A DNA stretch of 52,585 nt, taken from IMG/VR virus record IMGVR_UViG_3300035158_000483, positions 1 to 52,585 of that record. The stretch is one strand, 5' to 3'. Positions 18,934 to 28,108 of this stretch are shown here, in pieces (the first letter of the stretch is position 1; each line of letters begins with the position of its first letter). Source of the DNA: a virus (taxonomy: Duplodnaviria > Caudoviricetes). A model generated the notes under the pieces. The model was not told where the DNA came from, searched no databases, and saw only the letters and a program-made list of their open reading frames with translations. Both the position numbers and the translations under genes were made by a program.

Positions 18934-19574
18934 TATCTAGTCGGTCTCCAGGTCTGAATCTCTGCGTTCTGCGTGTGCGTATGGACGATCTGGATGTAAC
19001 GTTCCTGGAATGCCTCGGCCATACGCGCCAACGGATTGTGTTCGGGGTTGCCGCTGTCCCATTGCTGGTCCCATTGATCGATAGAGGCCGAGCCAGCAGA
19101 CTTACCGCTCAGGGCCGCGGCCGCTGCGTAGTAAGCCAGCGCCTCCTCTGCCCATCGCGGTGCGTTCGCTGGCGTACCCTCGCTCAATCGGTCGTAGTAG
19201 GCGTCGTAGTGGACTGTGAAGGGGTTCTCGGGTGCTGTGTTGAAGACCAGCAATCCCCCGCGTCTCCGATACGCAAGCTTCGCGTTGGACGCAGGCAGCC
19301 CTACACCAGGCTTTGCGTCGTACTCCTCGATGAAGCCAACGCTGTCCACCTTCACCAGGTCGATGCTGTATACGTTGTCGGGCAGCGGGAAGGTGGCCGT
19401 GCTCCCATCCACCTCATTCGTGTAGTCTACGTCCGAGACAGCGGGGCAGTACGCCGTGAAATCGTTGAGCGCCCAGTTGATGTAGAGCGTCAATTCATCG
19501 TCGGAATACTGGCTCTCGCCGGCGTTGGCCAGTATGGTGCGTGTGGCCTGCTGTAGAGCTGCTAGTGTGATCAC
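18933..19574 (-). CDS. Head-tail adaptor protein (213 aa)
   Basis: Follows the capsid gene. The pattern MITLAALQQATRTIL...YSDDELTLYINWAL...ALAYYAAAAAL resembles phage adaptor proteins. Confidence 0.6.
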   Translation of the reverse strand: MITLAALQQATRTILANAGESQYSDDELTLYINWALNDFTAYCPAVSDVDYTNEVDGSTATFPLPDNVYSIDLVKVDSVGFIEEYDAKPGVGLPASNAKLAYRRRGGLLVFNTAPENPFTVHYDAYYDRLSEGTPANAPRWAEEALAYYAAAAALSGKSAGSASIDQWDQQWDSGNPEHNPLARMAEAFQERYIQIVHTHTQNAEIQTWRPTR

Positions 19575-19643
19575 GTTAGGGTTATCCTTTCCGTCACGGA
19601 AGAGGGTAGGGGGCTAGGCCCCCTCCCTCTCAGCTAGTCGATC

Positions 19644-20692
19644 CTAGCCACCGGTCGAAGCGCGGCCCTTGAAGCGGACGTTGCCAGCGGAGTAGACAAC
19701 CTCGAAGCGATCCGGGAAGAAAGGCTGGTACTTGATGTACGCATCCCAGGAGAACCGCTTCATCGCCATCGCGTCATCGACCGTGGGCGGGGCGTGTAGG
19801 GTAGGGGGCTGAGTGACGCCAGCCACAATGCCCTTCGCGCCACCCAAGCAGACCGTCGCGTGGACATGCCGGCCGAGCGTGACGTAACCATAGATGCCGG
19901 TGTCAACCTCGGTGTCATAGTCCTTCTGCAGCGGCCGGTCGAAGCTCAAGCGGTCGTCGTCCGTGTTCACGGAGACCAGACGCCGGTTGGTCAGCGAGCC
20001 TTCGGTGTAATCCACACCGTCGCTCACGCCGTAGTCGCTGGTCTTGGTCTTGTGAATCGTGACGATCTCGCCCTCGTGGCCGGAGAACGCGCTCGCCTGC
20101 CCAGTGTCGAGCTGGACGTAGCGGGTGTTGGCCGGCTGACCAGGCGTAATCGTGTCGTCCACCTTCGCAGCAGCGCCCGTACCTGCGGGGGCCGAGGAGA
20201 CGATATCGGCTGTCTGCGTCACAGGACCGCAGTTGTAGAGCGTGCAGCGCGTGGTCTGGATGAACCGCGTGGCCTTGAGGCGACCAACCTCGATATCCAT
20301 CATCAGCTTGCCGAAGTCGCCAGCGTACTCAGCCGCTTCCTTGAACTCCCCACCGGCCTCGTTGCGGATGTCGTAGAGGACACCAGGGGACGTGATTGCG
20401 ATCATATCCCCGGTCGGGCCGGTTGGGTTGTTGGCGAACGGAGCCTCGCGATAGCTCATACCGAGCCAAATCTGATCCAACAGGCTCGGTTCGAAGAGGT
20501 CACCGTTGCCGAGATCGTTGAAACCATCGTTGGAGGCGTCCCCGCAGTAGAGCTCGTAGGGACCCTCGAGGAAGGCGTTGCGAGCCAGGATGTCCATATG
20601 ATCGGCAATGGACCGGGCCATCAGGTCCCGAATGATGGGAATCAGCCCCGCACGACCGCTGTTGCGCCGCCAGTAGTTAACATAATCATCAT
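19644..20692 (-). CDS. Major capsid protein, exon 2 (N4-gp56-like family; spliced product 452 aa)
   Basis: Capsid-like motifs LMARSIADHMDILARN, ITSPGVLYDIR, IEVGRLKATRFIQT and DDAMAMKRFSW. Joins exon 1 in frame after intron removal. Confidence 0.85.
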
Positions 20693-21011
20693 CGCTTGTG
20701 TTACTACGCACTCAGTGCGCGGCTAGGTCATTTCTGCCTAGCTCTCACGCTCTCACGTGAGGCCGGACTATATCTTCATCCAATCAGGATGCCGGGTACT
20801 CTAAGTCGGTTCTCCGATAGTCTCTGAACCTTCCCCTGGTCTAGGGGCTCGGCTGCTGATTGCCCAATCCCTGAGATTCTCAAGCCTTCGCGCTCACCGT
20901 TTCCAGTCATCGCTGTGGCTCTCAAGGCTCTAAGGGGGTTCCAGCAATTCACCCGATTGCCCTCTTACGCTAGGGCCATCGCACCTTGCGGTGCGAGCAA
21001 GCTCGAAATGA
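20693..21011 (-). ncRNA. Group I intron, 319 nt, no homing endonuclease ORF
   Basis: Minus strand shows P GAATTGCTGGAA, Q GGCAATCAGCAG, R GTTCAGAGACTA and S AAGATATAGTCC. P1 is CAAGU/GCUUG with a U.G wobble at the 5' splice site, the terminal G is at 20693, and P10 pairs UCAU with AUGA. Confidence 0.93.
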
Positions 21012-21321
21012 ACTTGTGCAGCGCGACCTTGCCCATGTGGTGCTCGGTCGTGATCGTCCGCTGGTTGCTGTCGGTGTACATCGCGTGAGCCCACAGATCG
21101 CGCAGGCCGACAGCATCGGTGTTGGGCTCCAGGTCGTAGACCTGCGAGAAGGTCACCTGGTTGGTGTCCCGACCGCGGAGGTCGACGACAGTTGGAACGA
21201 ATCGAGTGAACACATTGCGCGTGCGCCACACGTCCAGCAGCAGCGGGACGTACCACGCTCGCGTCTTCTTCGTGATATCCCCCCAAGGGTTATCACTATA
21301 GGTTCCGGCGAATGTAGCCAT
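21012..21321 (-). CDS. Major capsid protein, exon 1
   Basis: MATFAGTYSDNPW...TEHHMGKVALHK with an AGAGGAG ribosome-binding site, directly after the scaffold gene. Confidence 0.85.
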
Positions 21322-21420
21322 TTGTGAGTCTCCTCTGTGTGTGAATCAACCTCGCACCGTGCGAGGCTATACCGGTCACAAATGGCTCTCCAACGACCTA
21401 GGGAGATATTCAGTTAGTAG

Positions 21421-22164
21421 CTACAAGTCAAAGCCCTCTGCACCTTGCGCGAGATCGCCACTGAGGGTGTCTTCGGACAGCGCGTAACGCTTATCGACTT
21501 CCTCAGCACCGAGCATCGACGCAAACTCGCCTAGCGCCTCGTCAAATTCGTCTGTGCCGGCGAGATCGGACAGCTTCGCAGCAGCATCCTGTATGTCTTC
21601 CCCCAAGGCTGTAGACTCGTCCTGCGCGGCAGGTGGAGTTGGAACAGCGCCTTCACTCAATTGAGCCTTGATCTGCGCTTCACGCTCCTCGACGATGCTC
21701 GACACCGCTTCGTTGAAATCACCCAACGCGGCGTCCAGGTCCTCGGGATCGTCAGCATCTGGCAGGGCCTCAAGCGGGAAGCGGAGCAGGTCCGGGTAGT
21801 TCTTCCGCACCAGGTCCATCTTCGCTTGCTTGGCCGCCAGTTCAGCAGCTTGAGACTTCGCGGTCTGTAGCTCTTCTTCTAGCTCGCTACGGCCGCTCGT
21901 CGTTTGCTCAAGCTCGTGCTGGAGCCGGTCAACCTCGGCCTGCATCTCGTCCATCTGGTTGGACAGGTTAGCTTTCTTCTCCTGTGCCTCCTGGAGGACG
22001 GCCTGCTGGCCAGAGTAGCGGCTCTGCAATTGATCAACTTGCTCTTCGAGTTCCAGGGCTCTCGACTTCCAATCGACCTGCTGCCCAGGGGAATCGTCAG
22101 GGGTAGGAGTACCTGCTGGCGCTTCCTGCTGGTCAGGGGTTTGATTGAGTTCTTCTTCGCCCAT
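21421..22164 (-). CDS. Capsid scaffolding protein (247 aa)
   Basis: Acidic coiled-coil protein between portal and capsid; AAAGGAG ribosome-binding site. Confidence 0.75.
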   Translation of the reverse strand: MGEEELNQTPDQQEAPAGTPTPDDSPGQQVDWKSRALELEEQVDQLQSRYSGQQAVLQEAQEKKANLSNQMDEMQAEVDRLQHELEQTTSGRSELEEELQTAKSQAAELAAKQAKMDLVRKNYPDLLRFPLEALPDADDPEDLDAALGDFNEAVSSIVEEREAQIKAQLSEGAVPTPPAAQDESTALGEDIQDAAAKLSDLAGTDEFDEALGEFASMLGAEEVDKRYALSEDTLSGDLAQGAEGFDL

Positions 22165-22214
22165 CTCAAAAACTCCTTTGTATCCAACCGCTCGGAATCG
22201 AGCGGAGAGCCAAA

Positions 22215-22266
22215 TCGAACAGCGGGGACTCGAACCCCACAGCGGCCCCCGACGGGCTACTGCTCG
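22215..22266 (-). ncRNA. tRNA-like element lacking an anticodon arm
   Basis: 7-bp acceptor-type stem CGAGCAG/CTGTTCG plus discriminator A, TA at positions 8-9, a GCCC/GGGC D-like stem, and a T arm TGGGG-TTCGAGT-CCCCG. Confidence 0.55.
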
Positions 22267-23867
22267 TTACGCTTGCTATCGTCCTTGTTCTTCTTTTCCG
22301 TCGCGGAAGGCGATGCTTCCGCTTCCATCTTCGTCTGCCACTTCTTGAAGTCCTGGATGCGCTCCTTCTCCAGCTCCGGATCGTCTATGCCACCGAGCAG
22401 CTCGAAGGCTCGCTCAGGGCTCATACGGTCCACGGTCGAGAGCTGGACGACCTCGTCCACGATCTCCTGCCGGTCCTGCGGCATAATGGGCGCGAACTCC
22501 GTGATGATGTCGTGTCTCAGGTGCTCCTTTGTCAGGTCGGCCACACCCTTGCTGATGGCCATCATCGCCAGCTTCTCACCAAAGCTCTGGAAGCCGCTCA
22601 TACTGTGAACCCTGGCCGTCCTGGTCTTGGCTATGAGCTGGTACATTCGGAAGGCCAGCGTCAGCGCCGATCTCTGAGAGCCTTCGTCAATGCCCCATAC
22701 CACGCGGGGCGTGAAGGAGAGGTTCCGCACCAGGTCCTGAAGAATCTCCACGAAGTCGTTGGTGCCGGCGGGGAGATCGGGCGGATCCACCACACCGAGC
22801 TCCGGATCCACGTGGTTGGGGACGCCGATGCCCAGGTTGAGTATCACGCTTGGATCGCGCCGTAATCGCTCAGGAGCCTTCGCCATACCACGCACCCACA
22901 TCTGACGATGGGCATTCTCGGCCACCGTATCCCCGATGTTGGCGAGCTGTAGGTTGATCTCGTCCTGCAGGCCCATTACGGCCTCTATGGGGCAGATCCC
23001 GTAGAACGAGCCTGCAGGAGCACGCCAGGTTGGGATGTACTCAACGGGCAGGAAAGGGCGGTCGGTGATCGGGTCTCTGAACGGGTTAGGGCCGCGCATC
23101 GGCTCGCGGTTGTAAGGAGATCGGGCCAGCTCGTTGTCAATCGTGACTTCGTAACCGCGCTCCGTCCAGTGCTCGACGTACAGCGCCGTGTTGCCGCCTT
23201 TCTCCTCCAGATCGACGTTGTACTTGAGCTCAGCCTCGCGACGGTTGATCTGTCGAGCGAACGTGTACTCCAAGATGCGGTGCGGGTTAGATGAATCCCA
23301 AACTGGGAAGAACTCAGCAGGGGGGATGGCCTCGATGACGATGTTGGTATCGGAGTGAGCGCCCGGATCGAATCGCGCCCGATAGACACACCCGCCGAAA
23401 ATCTGCATCGTGCTCGCCTGCGTCACGATCAAGCCGTCGCGGTCGTTCTCGATGAATAGCTGGTTGATGAAGTCCTGGAGCTCGTCGGCTCGCTCCTTAG
23501 CGGTGTCTGTGCTGTCCTTTGCTTTCACGCGCCAGTTGAGCACGTTGTCATCGTCGTACTCGCCCAAGAGAGCCGCGTGCAGCATAAAGACAATGGGTTG
23601 CACCAGGTTGATCTGGAGCGGGTAGAGCAGCGGCGGCTCGCCATCGTCGGTCTTGACGTCGGCTTTGCGCTCTAGGACCTTGCCAGAGAAGTAGTCCCAC
23701 GCAGCCCGGTACTTGGTTGACTGGGCTGCCCACTTGCTGTTCGGGTAGGCACCAGGATCGCTCAACCCCATACTGGATGCTGAGGATACCGACACATCGC
23801 TGGTATCGCTGATCTGCTCTGGTGTGAGCGTTGGCCCTGAGTTCAGAAGGTCACTGAGAAATGTCAT
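22257..23867 (-). CDS. Portal protein (SPP1 gp6-like, about 536 aa)
   Basis: Motifs WDYFSG, INLVQPIV, MQIFGGCVY, VMGLQDEINLQLAN and FAPIMPQD; lies between TerL and scaffold. Start may extend to 23906. Confidence 0.85.
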   Translation of the reverse strand: MTFLSDLLNSGPTLTPEQISDTSDVSVSSASSMGLSDPGAYPNSKWAAQSTKYRAAWDYFSGKVLERKADVKTDDGEPPLLYPLQINLVQPIVFMLHAALLGEYDDDNVLNWRVKAKDSTDTAKERADELQDFINQLFIENDRDGLIVTQASTMQIFGGCVYRARFDPGAHSDTNIVIEAIPPAEFFPVWDSSNPHRILEYTFARQINRREAELKYNVDLEEKGGNTALYVEHWTERGYEVTIDNELARSPYNREPMRGPNPFRDPITDRPFLPVEYIPTWRAPAGSFYGICPIEAVMGLQDEINLQLANIGDTVAENAHRQMWVRGMAKAPERLRRDPSVILNLGIGVPNHVDPELGVVDPPDLPAGTNDFVEILQDLVRNLSFTPRVVWGIDEGSQRSALTLAFRMYQLIAKTRTARVHSMSGFQSFGEKLAMMAISKGVADLTKEHLRHDIITEFAPIMPQDRQEIVDEVVQLSTVDRMSPERAFELLGGIDDPELEKERIQDFKKWQTKMEAEASPSATEKKNKDDSKRNEQ

Positions 23868-23878
23868 CGTTAGAATGC

Positions 23879-23918
23879 AAAAAGCCCCAGTCCGTGGAAG
23901 CACCACGGTCTGAGGCTC
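23879..23918 (-). terminator. Intrinsic terminator/attenuator-like hairpin just before the portal gene
   Basis: AGCCTCAG-ACCGTGG-TGCTT-CCACGG-A-CTGGGGCT followed by TTTT. Confidence 0.5.
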
Positions 23919-23950
23919 TGCGGTCTGGCCGTCTGGCCTAAGCTATTCGG

Positions 23951-24208
23951 TTAGTTGAGGCAAATCCTGTCGACTACTGCCCCTATCTCTGCTACTACGG
24001 CCCAAGGGATCACGCGCTCTCTCTTGCTCGCCCGATCCCACACACATATGCCGCGCTGCTGGAACTTGCACAGCAGCGGGCTATGATCGTCCGTCTCGAT
24101 GCGTAGCTCGCCCTCTACAGACAGCACGAGCTTGGCATCACCCGTATTATAGAGCACTACTGAACGTTCGTCAAGTAACCGCTTTCGGGGTTTATCGCCG
24201 CCAACCAT
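23951..24208 (-). CDS. Hypothetical protein (85 aa)
   Basis: ATG 24208 (MVGGDKPRK) within ORF-track entry 23951..24412. Confidence 0.45.
   Translation of the reverse strand: MVGGDKPRKRLLDERSVVLYNTGDAKLVLSVEGELRIETDDHSPLLCKFQQRGICVWDRASKRERVIPWAVVAEIGAVVDRICLN
24146..24176 (-). promoter_or_regulatory. sigma70-type promoter for the head operon with an overlapping 18-bp operator
   Basis: TTGACG (24174-24169), 17 nt, TATAAT (24151-24146); operator at 24159-24176. Confidence 0.7.
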
Positions 24209-24464
24209 CTCTGCCCCCCGACCTTCTCCAGTCATAGCCGTCGCTGATCTCCAAGACGCTATGCGCTGAAGCGCGTGTGAAAAGTGCTTTGAATTTCTTG
24301 GCCAAGAAATGCCTTCCGCTTTTGCAGAGCCAGTCGCGTAGGGTAGGGCGGCGGAGTTCGACGCCGTTGACCAGCAAGTAGACACCGTCCTGCGTCTCAA
24401 GCCACTCGACATCTTCCGTCACGGAAAGCTCCTCCTCGGTGTAACTGGCTATTTCACGCATCAT
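24192..24464 (-). CDS. Hypothetical protein (90 aa)
   Basis: ATGA-coupled to the TerL stop. Confidence 0.55.
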   Translation of the reverse strand: MMREIASYTEEELSVTEDVEWLETQDGVYLLVNGVELRRPTLRDWLCKSGRHFLAKKFKALFTRASAHSVLEISDGYDWRRSGGRDGWRR

Positions 24465-26365
24465 CTTCTCCTTACGTGCAGAGAGCGGCTCCTGTGGAGC
24501 GAATGGCGCATCGAGGGCCTTCTGTCACGGCTCATAGCCAGCAGAGGGATCGTCCAGTGATTCGATTGCTCCCCGGCCATCTCGCCGGTGAAGATGCGCC
24601 GGCGCATCCAACCGCCTGCGATCTGCAGGGCGCTTACGATGTCCTGGGTGAGCTTCTTGTCAGGGAAGGCGTATTGAGCGAGCTGCCGGCGCAGGCCCCG
24701 GATGTAGGGATACTTCAGCAGGCCACGCTGCATAATGAGCTTGATCGCGTTGTGGTAGGCCTGCTTCTTGCCGGTCAGGTTCATCCCCTCGACCAGGATG
24801 CCTTCGCCCACATCGGAGAAGGCGAGCTCGTCCATCGCCTTCTGCGAGCCGGTCGCATCGAACGCGGCGCCGACCGGTTGATAGAGGTTCATCGCGGTCT
24901 TGAAGCTCGACAGGAAGGGGATGTAGGAGCCGCCTCCGTACACCCAGTCGAACATACGGAGCGTTGCCGGATGCTCAGGGAAGCCGGTGATGTCCAGGAC
25001 CAGGACCACGCCGGCGTTGCGTCTAGGCGGTTCGCCCTGGCCAGGATCTCCGACGACCAGATAATCCCGGCCACGGTCAGGCGGCATCATAAGCTGGTGG
25101 CATCCTGCAAGGCTCCTCTCCTCATAAGCGAAGCCGGCCTTACCTTCCTTTATGCCCTGGTGACACAGTCGATTCAGGCTCCGGTCCTCGCACTGCTCGA
25201 TGACAGCACGCGCAAACTCCTCACACGTCCCCATCGGCCTCGCGCCTTGCATCTCGATGGCGCGCAGCTCGGGTGGCAGGGCCTCGCGCATTAGCCTCAC
25301 GTCCCGCTTGGTCAGGGACTCGTTCATACTGGTGGTGATCGTCATCGACAGGTACGTCTCGGGGTCCTTCTTGGCCTTGTCGTAACGCTCCCATAGCCAG
25401 GGGACGTCCGTCGCGGTGGTGATCACCGACAGGCGGCCGAGGCGCGGCCGGTTCGTGGGTCGCTCGCCACGTAGGCGCGTGCGCATAATCTGGACCGTGC
25501 TCGGTGAGTCGATGAAGCCGAACTCGTCACCGTTCATCCAGTCGCCCTCCCAGCCGCGCAGCTTCTCGATCTCGTCAGCCGCGCTCATAAACTCCAGCTT
25601 GCTGTTGTTGTAGAGCTCGATGGTGGGGTAGGGGCGTCGCACAGCACGCTTGATGAACCGTTGATACCGGTTGCCGTCCGCACGCTCGATGATGGCCTGG
25701 TACATCAGCTTGGCCTGCCAGAACGTGGGAGCCACGTTCATAAACTTGAAGTAAGGCGTGAGCGCAGCCCAGGTAGCAGCAGAAAAGGCGACCATAGAGG
25801 TCTTGCCGGAGTTGTGATGGACAAGACCGTGCGCCACATAGTTGTTGTAGATGGGGACGTGAAAGTCGTAGAACTCAGATTGGTCGAGAGCCTCGATAGA
25901 GCTGATGGGGTCCGGCCCGCCTGTGGAGCAGAGAGGCGATCCGACGTGAAGGTCCTCAAGACGGCGATAACCGTTAGGCGTGAGGAATGCGTGCCGGCCA
26001 GTGACCTCGATCTCGCGGCCGCTGGCCATTGTGACGCGGTAGATTTCCTCTACGCCCTTGACGTAGGGTTCACCCGCTTGCGCAGGGGTGAACCCATCTC
26101 CGGTCCACGCAAGGACCGTGTGCGTTCCCTCGATCTCTTCTACGGGCGTCTCTGTGTCTGAGACAGGATCGTAGATCAACGTCCCAGGCGCGAGACAGCC
26201 AACGCCGCCGATAATCGTCACCTCGGGCTGCGACGACACGTGGAGGGGCGTCTGATAGTCGTGAAATGCCCATCCACCGAAGTAGTAGTCGGTGAAGTAG
26301 GAAGGATTCTCCGTGGCCGCCTTCCTGAATATGGCCTTATCGTCCGTGGTCAGCCGGTAGGCCAC
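24461..26365 (-). CDS. terL: Terminase large subunit containing an intein
   Basis: Walker A GGVG|SGKT is split by the intein. Also has LRGWEGDWMNGDEFG (Walker B) and nuclease motifs VVGDPG, AFDATG and QDIVSAL. Confidence 0.92.
   Translation of the reverse strand: MAYRLTTDDKAIFRKAATENPSYFTDYYFGGWAFHDYQTPLHVSSQPEVTIIGGVGCLAPGTLIYDPVSDTETPVEEIEGTHTVLAWTGDGFTPAQAGEPYVKGVEEIYRVTMASGREIEVTGRHAFLTPNGYRRLEDLHVGSPLCSTGGPDPISSIEALDQSEFYDFHVPIYNNYVAHGLVHHNSGKTSMVAFSAATWAALTPYFKFMNVAPTFWQAKLMYQAIIERADGNRYQRFIKRAVRRPYPTIELYNNSKLEFMSAADEIEKLRGWEGDWMNGDEFGFIDSPSTVQIMRTRLRGERPTNRPRLGRLSVITTATDVPWLWERYDKAKKDPETYLSMTITTSMNESLTKRDVRLMREALPPELRAIEMQGARPMGTCEEFARAVIEQCEDRSLNRLCHQGIKEGKAGFAYEERSLAGCHQLMMPPDRGRDYLVVGDPGQGEPPRRNAGVVLVLDITGFPEHPATLRMFDWVYGGGSYIPFLSSFKTAMNLYQPVGAAFDATGSQKAMDELAFSDVGEGILVEGMNLTGKKQAYHNAIKLIMQRGLLKYPYIRGLRRQLAQYAFPDKKLTQDIVSALQIAGGWMRRRIFTGEMAGEQSNHWTIPLLAMSRDRRPSMRHSLHRSRSLHVRRR
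25811..26197 (-). mobile_element. Mini-intein (129 aa) in TerL
   Basis: Begins CLAPGTLI, has block B IEVTGRHAFLT and block F FYDFHVPIYNNYVAHGLVHHN, followed by Ser+1. Too short to hold a LAGLIDADG domain. Confidence 0.95.
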
Positions 26366-26503
26366 CTAGTCTACATCGTCCTCCTCCTCAGCCTCGTCTC
26401 GATCCTGCTCTTCCTCGATCTTCGGCTGAGGCATCTGCCGTAAAGAGTCGGACGAATAGGCTCCGTCCAAGGCTCCGGCAACTTCATCTGGCAATTTGGG
26501 CAT
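26366..26503 (-). CDS. Small acidic protein (45 aa) upstream of TerL
   Basis: GAAAGGAG ribosome-binding site, MPKLPDEVAGALDG...EEEDDVD, stop abuts the TerL GTG. Confidence 0.6.
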   Translation of the reverse strand: MPKLPDEVAGALDGAYSSDSLRQMPQPKIEEEQDRDEAEEEDDVD

Positions 26504-26544
26504 GCATTCTCCTTTCCTGAACGTTCGTTAAGTTCGTATAGCCA

Positions 26545-27135
26545 TTATAGGACATCCTGCCTGGACAACCACCACAGCAGTCCCAGGGTCATCCGGCAGT
26601 CATCAACCGCCCTGTGGGCACCACTGATATCAAGACCTGCTTCCTTGGCCGCCTCTGTGAGCTTGACCCACCGATAGCTGCCTCTCTGCGGATCGTAGTC
26701 GCCGTGCCAATAGCTCCAGATTTTCATCGCACACCCTTTGAGCTTTGGGGCAGGGCGGCCGCCGATCTCCGAGTGCCCAATACCAGCGTGGTAGATGATC
26801 TCGCTGTCGTACCCGTAGTTGTAAGCCACAAGCGCCGCGTGCTCCGAGACGGTCGCGTGAAAACTGGTCAACACAGGCCTTGCGGATGGGGCGTCGATGA
26901 CCATCTCGTCGGTGATACCGTGGACATCCGAGGACGCCTGCGGGATAGGGCAGTCAGGCCTCACAAGCGTCTGGTAGACCACATCGCCCAGTCCATTGAT
27001 CACCCCGAGCTCCACAAGCTCTGCATCCTTTGGGTCAGTCCCTGTCGTCTCTGTGTCGAAGATCAGCAGATCCTGCCCGTATCCAAGCAGTTGTCGCGCC
27101 CACTTAACCGCTTGCTTCTTGCTCTTCTCGCTCAC
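26545..27135 (-). CDS. DEDDh 3'-5' exonuclease (DnaQ-like)
   Basis: Motifs IFDTETTG, VHGITDEMV, VAYNYGYD and AHRAVDDC. Confidence 0.92.
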   Translation of the reverse strand: MSEKSKKQAVKWARQLLGYGQDLLIFDTETTGTDPKDAELVELGVINGLGDVVYQTLVRPDCPIPQASSDVHGITDEMVIDAPSARPVLTSFHATVSEHAALVAYNYGYDSEIIYHAGIGHSEIGGRPAPKLKGCAMKIWSYWHGDYDPQRGSYRWVKLTEAAKEAGLDISGAHRAVDDCRMTLGLLWWLSRQDVL

Positions 27136-27400
27136 GCAGCATTGTCCTCCTGTGTCGTTGGCAGTGGGAACAGCGGTGCAATCCGTCCCAACCCTCTGTG
27201 TTCTCCGTGGTCTCCTCCACGATCTGCACCGTCGCTTCGTCGGTCACAACATAGCCACAGAGGGTCAGCAACGCCCCGTCATAGTGGCGCGAGATCAAAT
27301 GCGCCACCTCGCCAGCGGCACTGGTTCGATAGGCATCTCTCTCCCAATCTGGAACGCGATCAAAGCTCGTTCTCCTGCCTGGCTCACCAGAAAATCTCAT
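27104..27400 (-). CDS. Hypothetical protein with His/Cys residues (98 aa)
   Basis: AH...LCG...CSHC pattern; same strand as its neighbours. Confidence 0.5.
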   Translation of the reverse strand: MRFSGEPGRRTSFDRVPDWERDAYRTSAAGEVAHLISRHYDGALLTLCGYVVTDEATVQIVEETTENTEGWDGLHRCSHCQRHRRTMLREREEQEASG

Positions 27401-27563
27401 CCACCATCCCCGATTTTTGCCTCTGCGGAAACAAGAGGCACGTTTTCCTTGTACAACTCCTAGACCTTATTACCATCAAGTCCTCGATTTCAGCCGGGTA
27501 GGGCGGTCAAATCCGGCTTTTTGGGTAAATGGTTCGTATAAAAAGAGTTATCAGAACCATACC

Positions 27564-27977
27564 CTATTCCCCCGCAACGCCCCCGAAAGCGTCTCTCAGG
27601 TCCTCCTCGAAGCCGCTCCAGTCAGTTCCCTGGTCGCTCCTCAGCTCATCGAGACGCTCCTGAAGAACCTCCAACTCCCTGTTGATCTCAGCCTCGCCAG
27701 GCAGAACGTACAGAGATCCCGGCATCGCGTCAGGCGCCATAAAGTGAGCGCTGATCATCCTGTCCGTGAGCAACGTCACGTTCAGGACCTCGAAGGTCTC
27801 ACCGGCAACTGGGCAGGTCTCGGCATCCTGGCACGCCTCGCACATACGCTCGCCGTACCTCTTAGCGACCTCCACAGCCTGCCCAAAAGAGCTGGCCATC
27901 ACAGGGACACTTGCGGCATCTCCAGAATTCTGAATCACGACGTCGAACAACATCGCACGTTTAGGCTCTAAATTCAC
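27564..27977 (-). CDS. Hypothetical protein (about 137 aa)
   Basis: GAGGAG ribosome-binding site before GTG 27977; contains CEACQDAETCP. Confidence 0.6.
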   Translation of the reverse strand: MNLEPKRAMLFDVVIQNSGDAASVPVMASSFGQAVEVAKRYGERMCEACQDAETCPVAGETFEVLNVTLLTDRMISAHFMAPDAMPGSLYVLPGEAEINRELEVLQERLDELRSDQGTDWSGFEEDLRDAFGGVAGE

Positions 27978-28108
27978 CCTACATTCTCCTCGGTTTCTCA
28001 AACACTACCCGGCTCATATATCCACCCCCTCTCGCTCGGTCTCGTTCTGCACCTCGTCGTCCGTCGGAGTGTAGGTGGGCTTTGGTCTGTCGAGTGCTGC
28101 AGGATTGT

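Noticed and set aside
16194-19630. Intrinsic terminators after the capsid (~19601-19630) and tail tube (~16194-16217) genes
   Set aside because: They are strong GC hairpins without U-tracts on the coding strand, so they are more likely mRNA-stabilising stems.
19644-20711. Stand-alone 355-aa capsid ORF starting at GTG 20711, or a capsid pseudogene
   Set aside because: The start lies inside the group I intron, and splicing explains the split.
22215-22266. Canonical tRNA gene or attachment site
   Set aside because: It has no anticodon arm or CCA, and there is no integrase nearby. Kept only as a tRNA-like element.
27555-27564. Target of the omegaRNA guide (AACCATACCC match)
   Set aside because: A match of only about 10 nt is compatible with chance.
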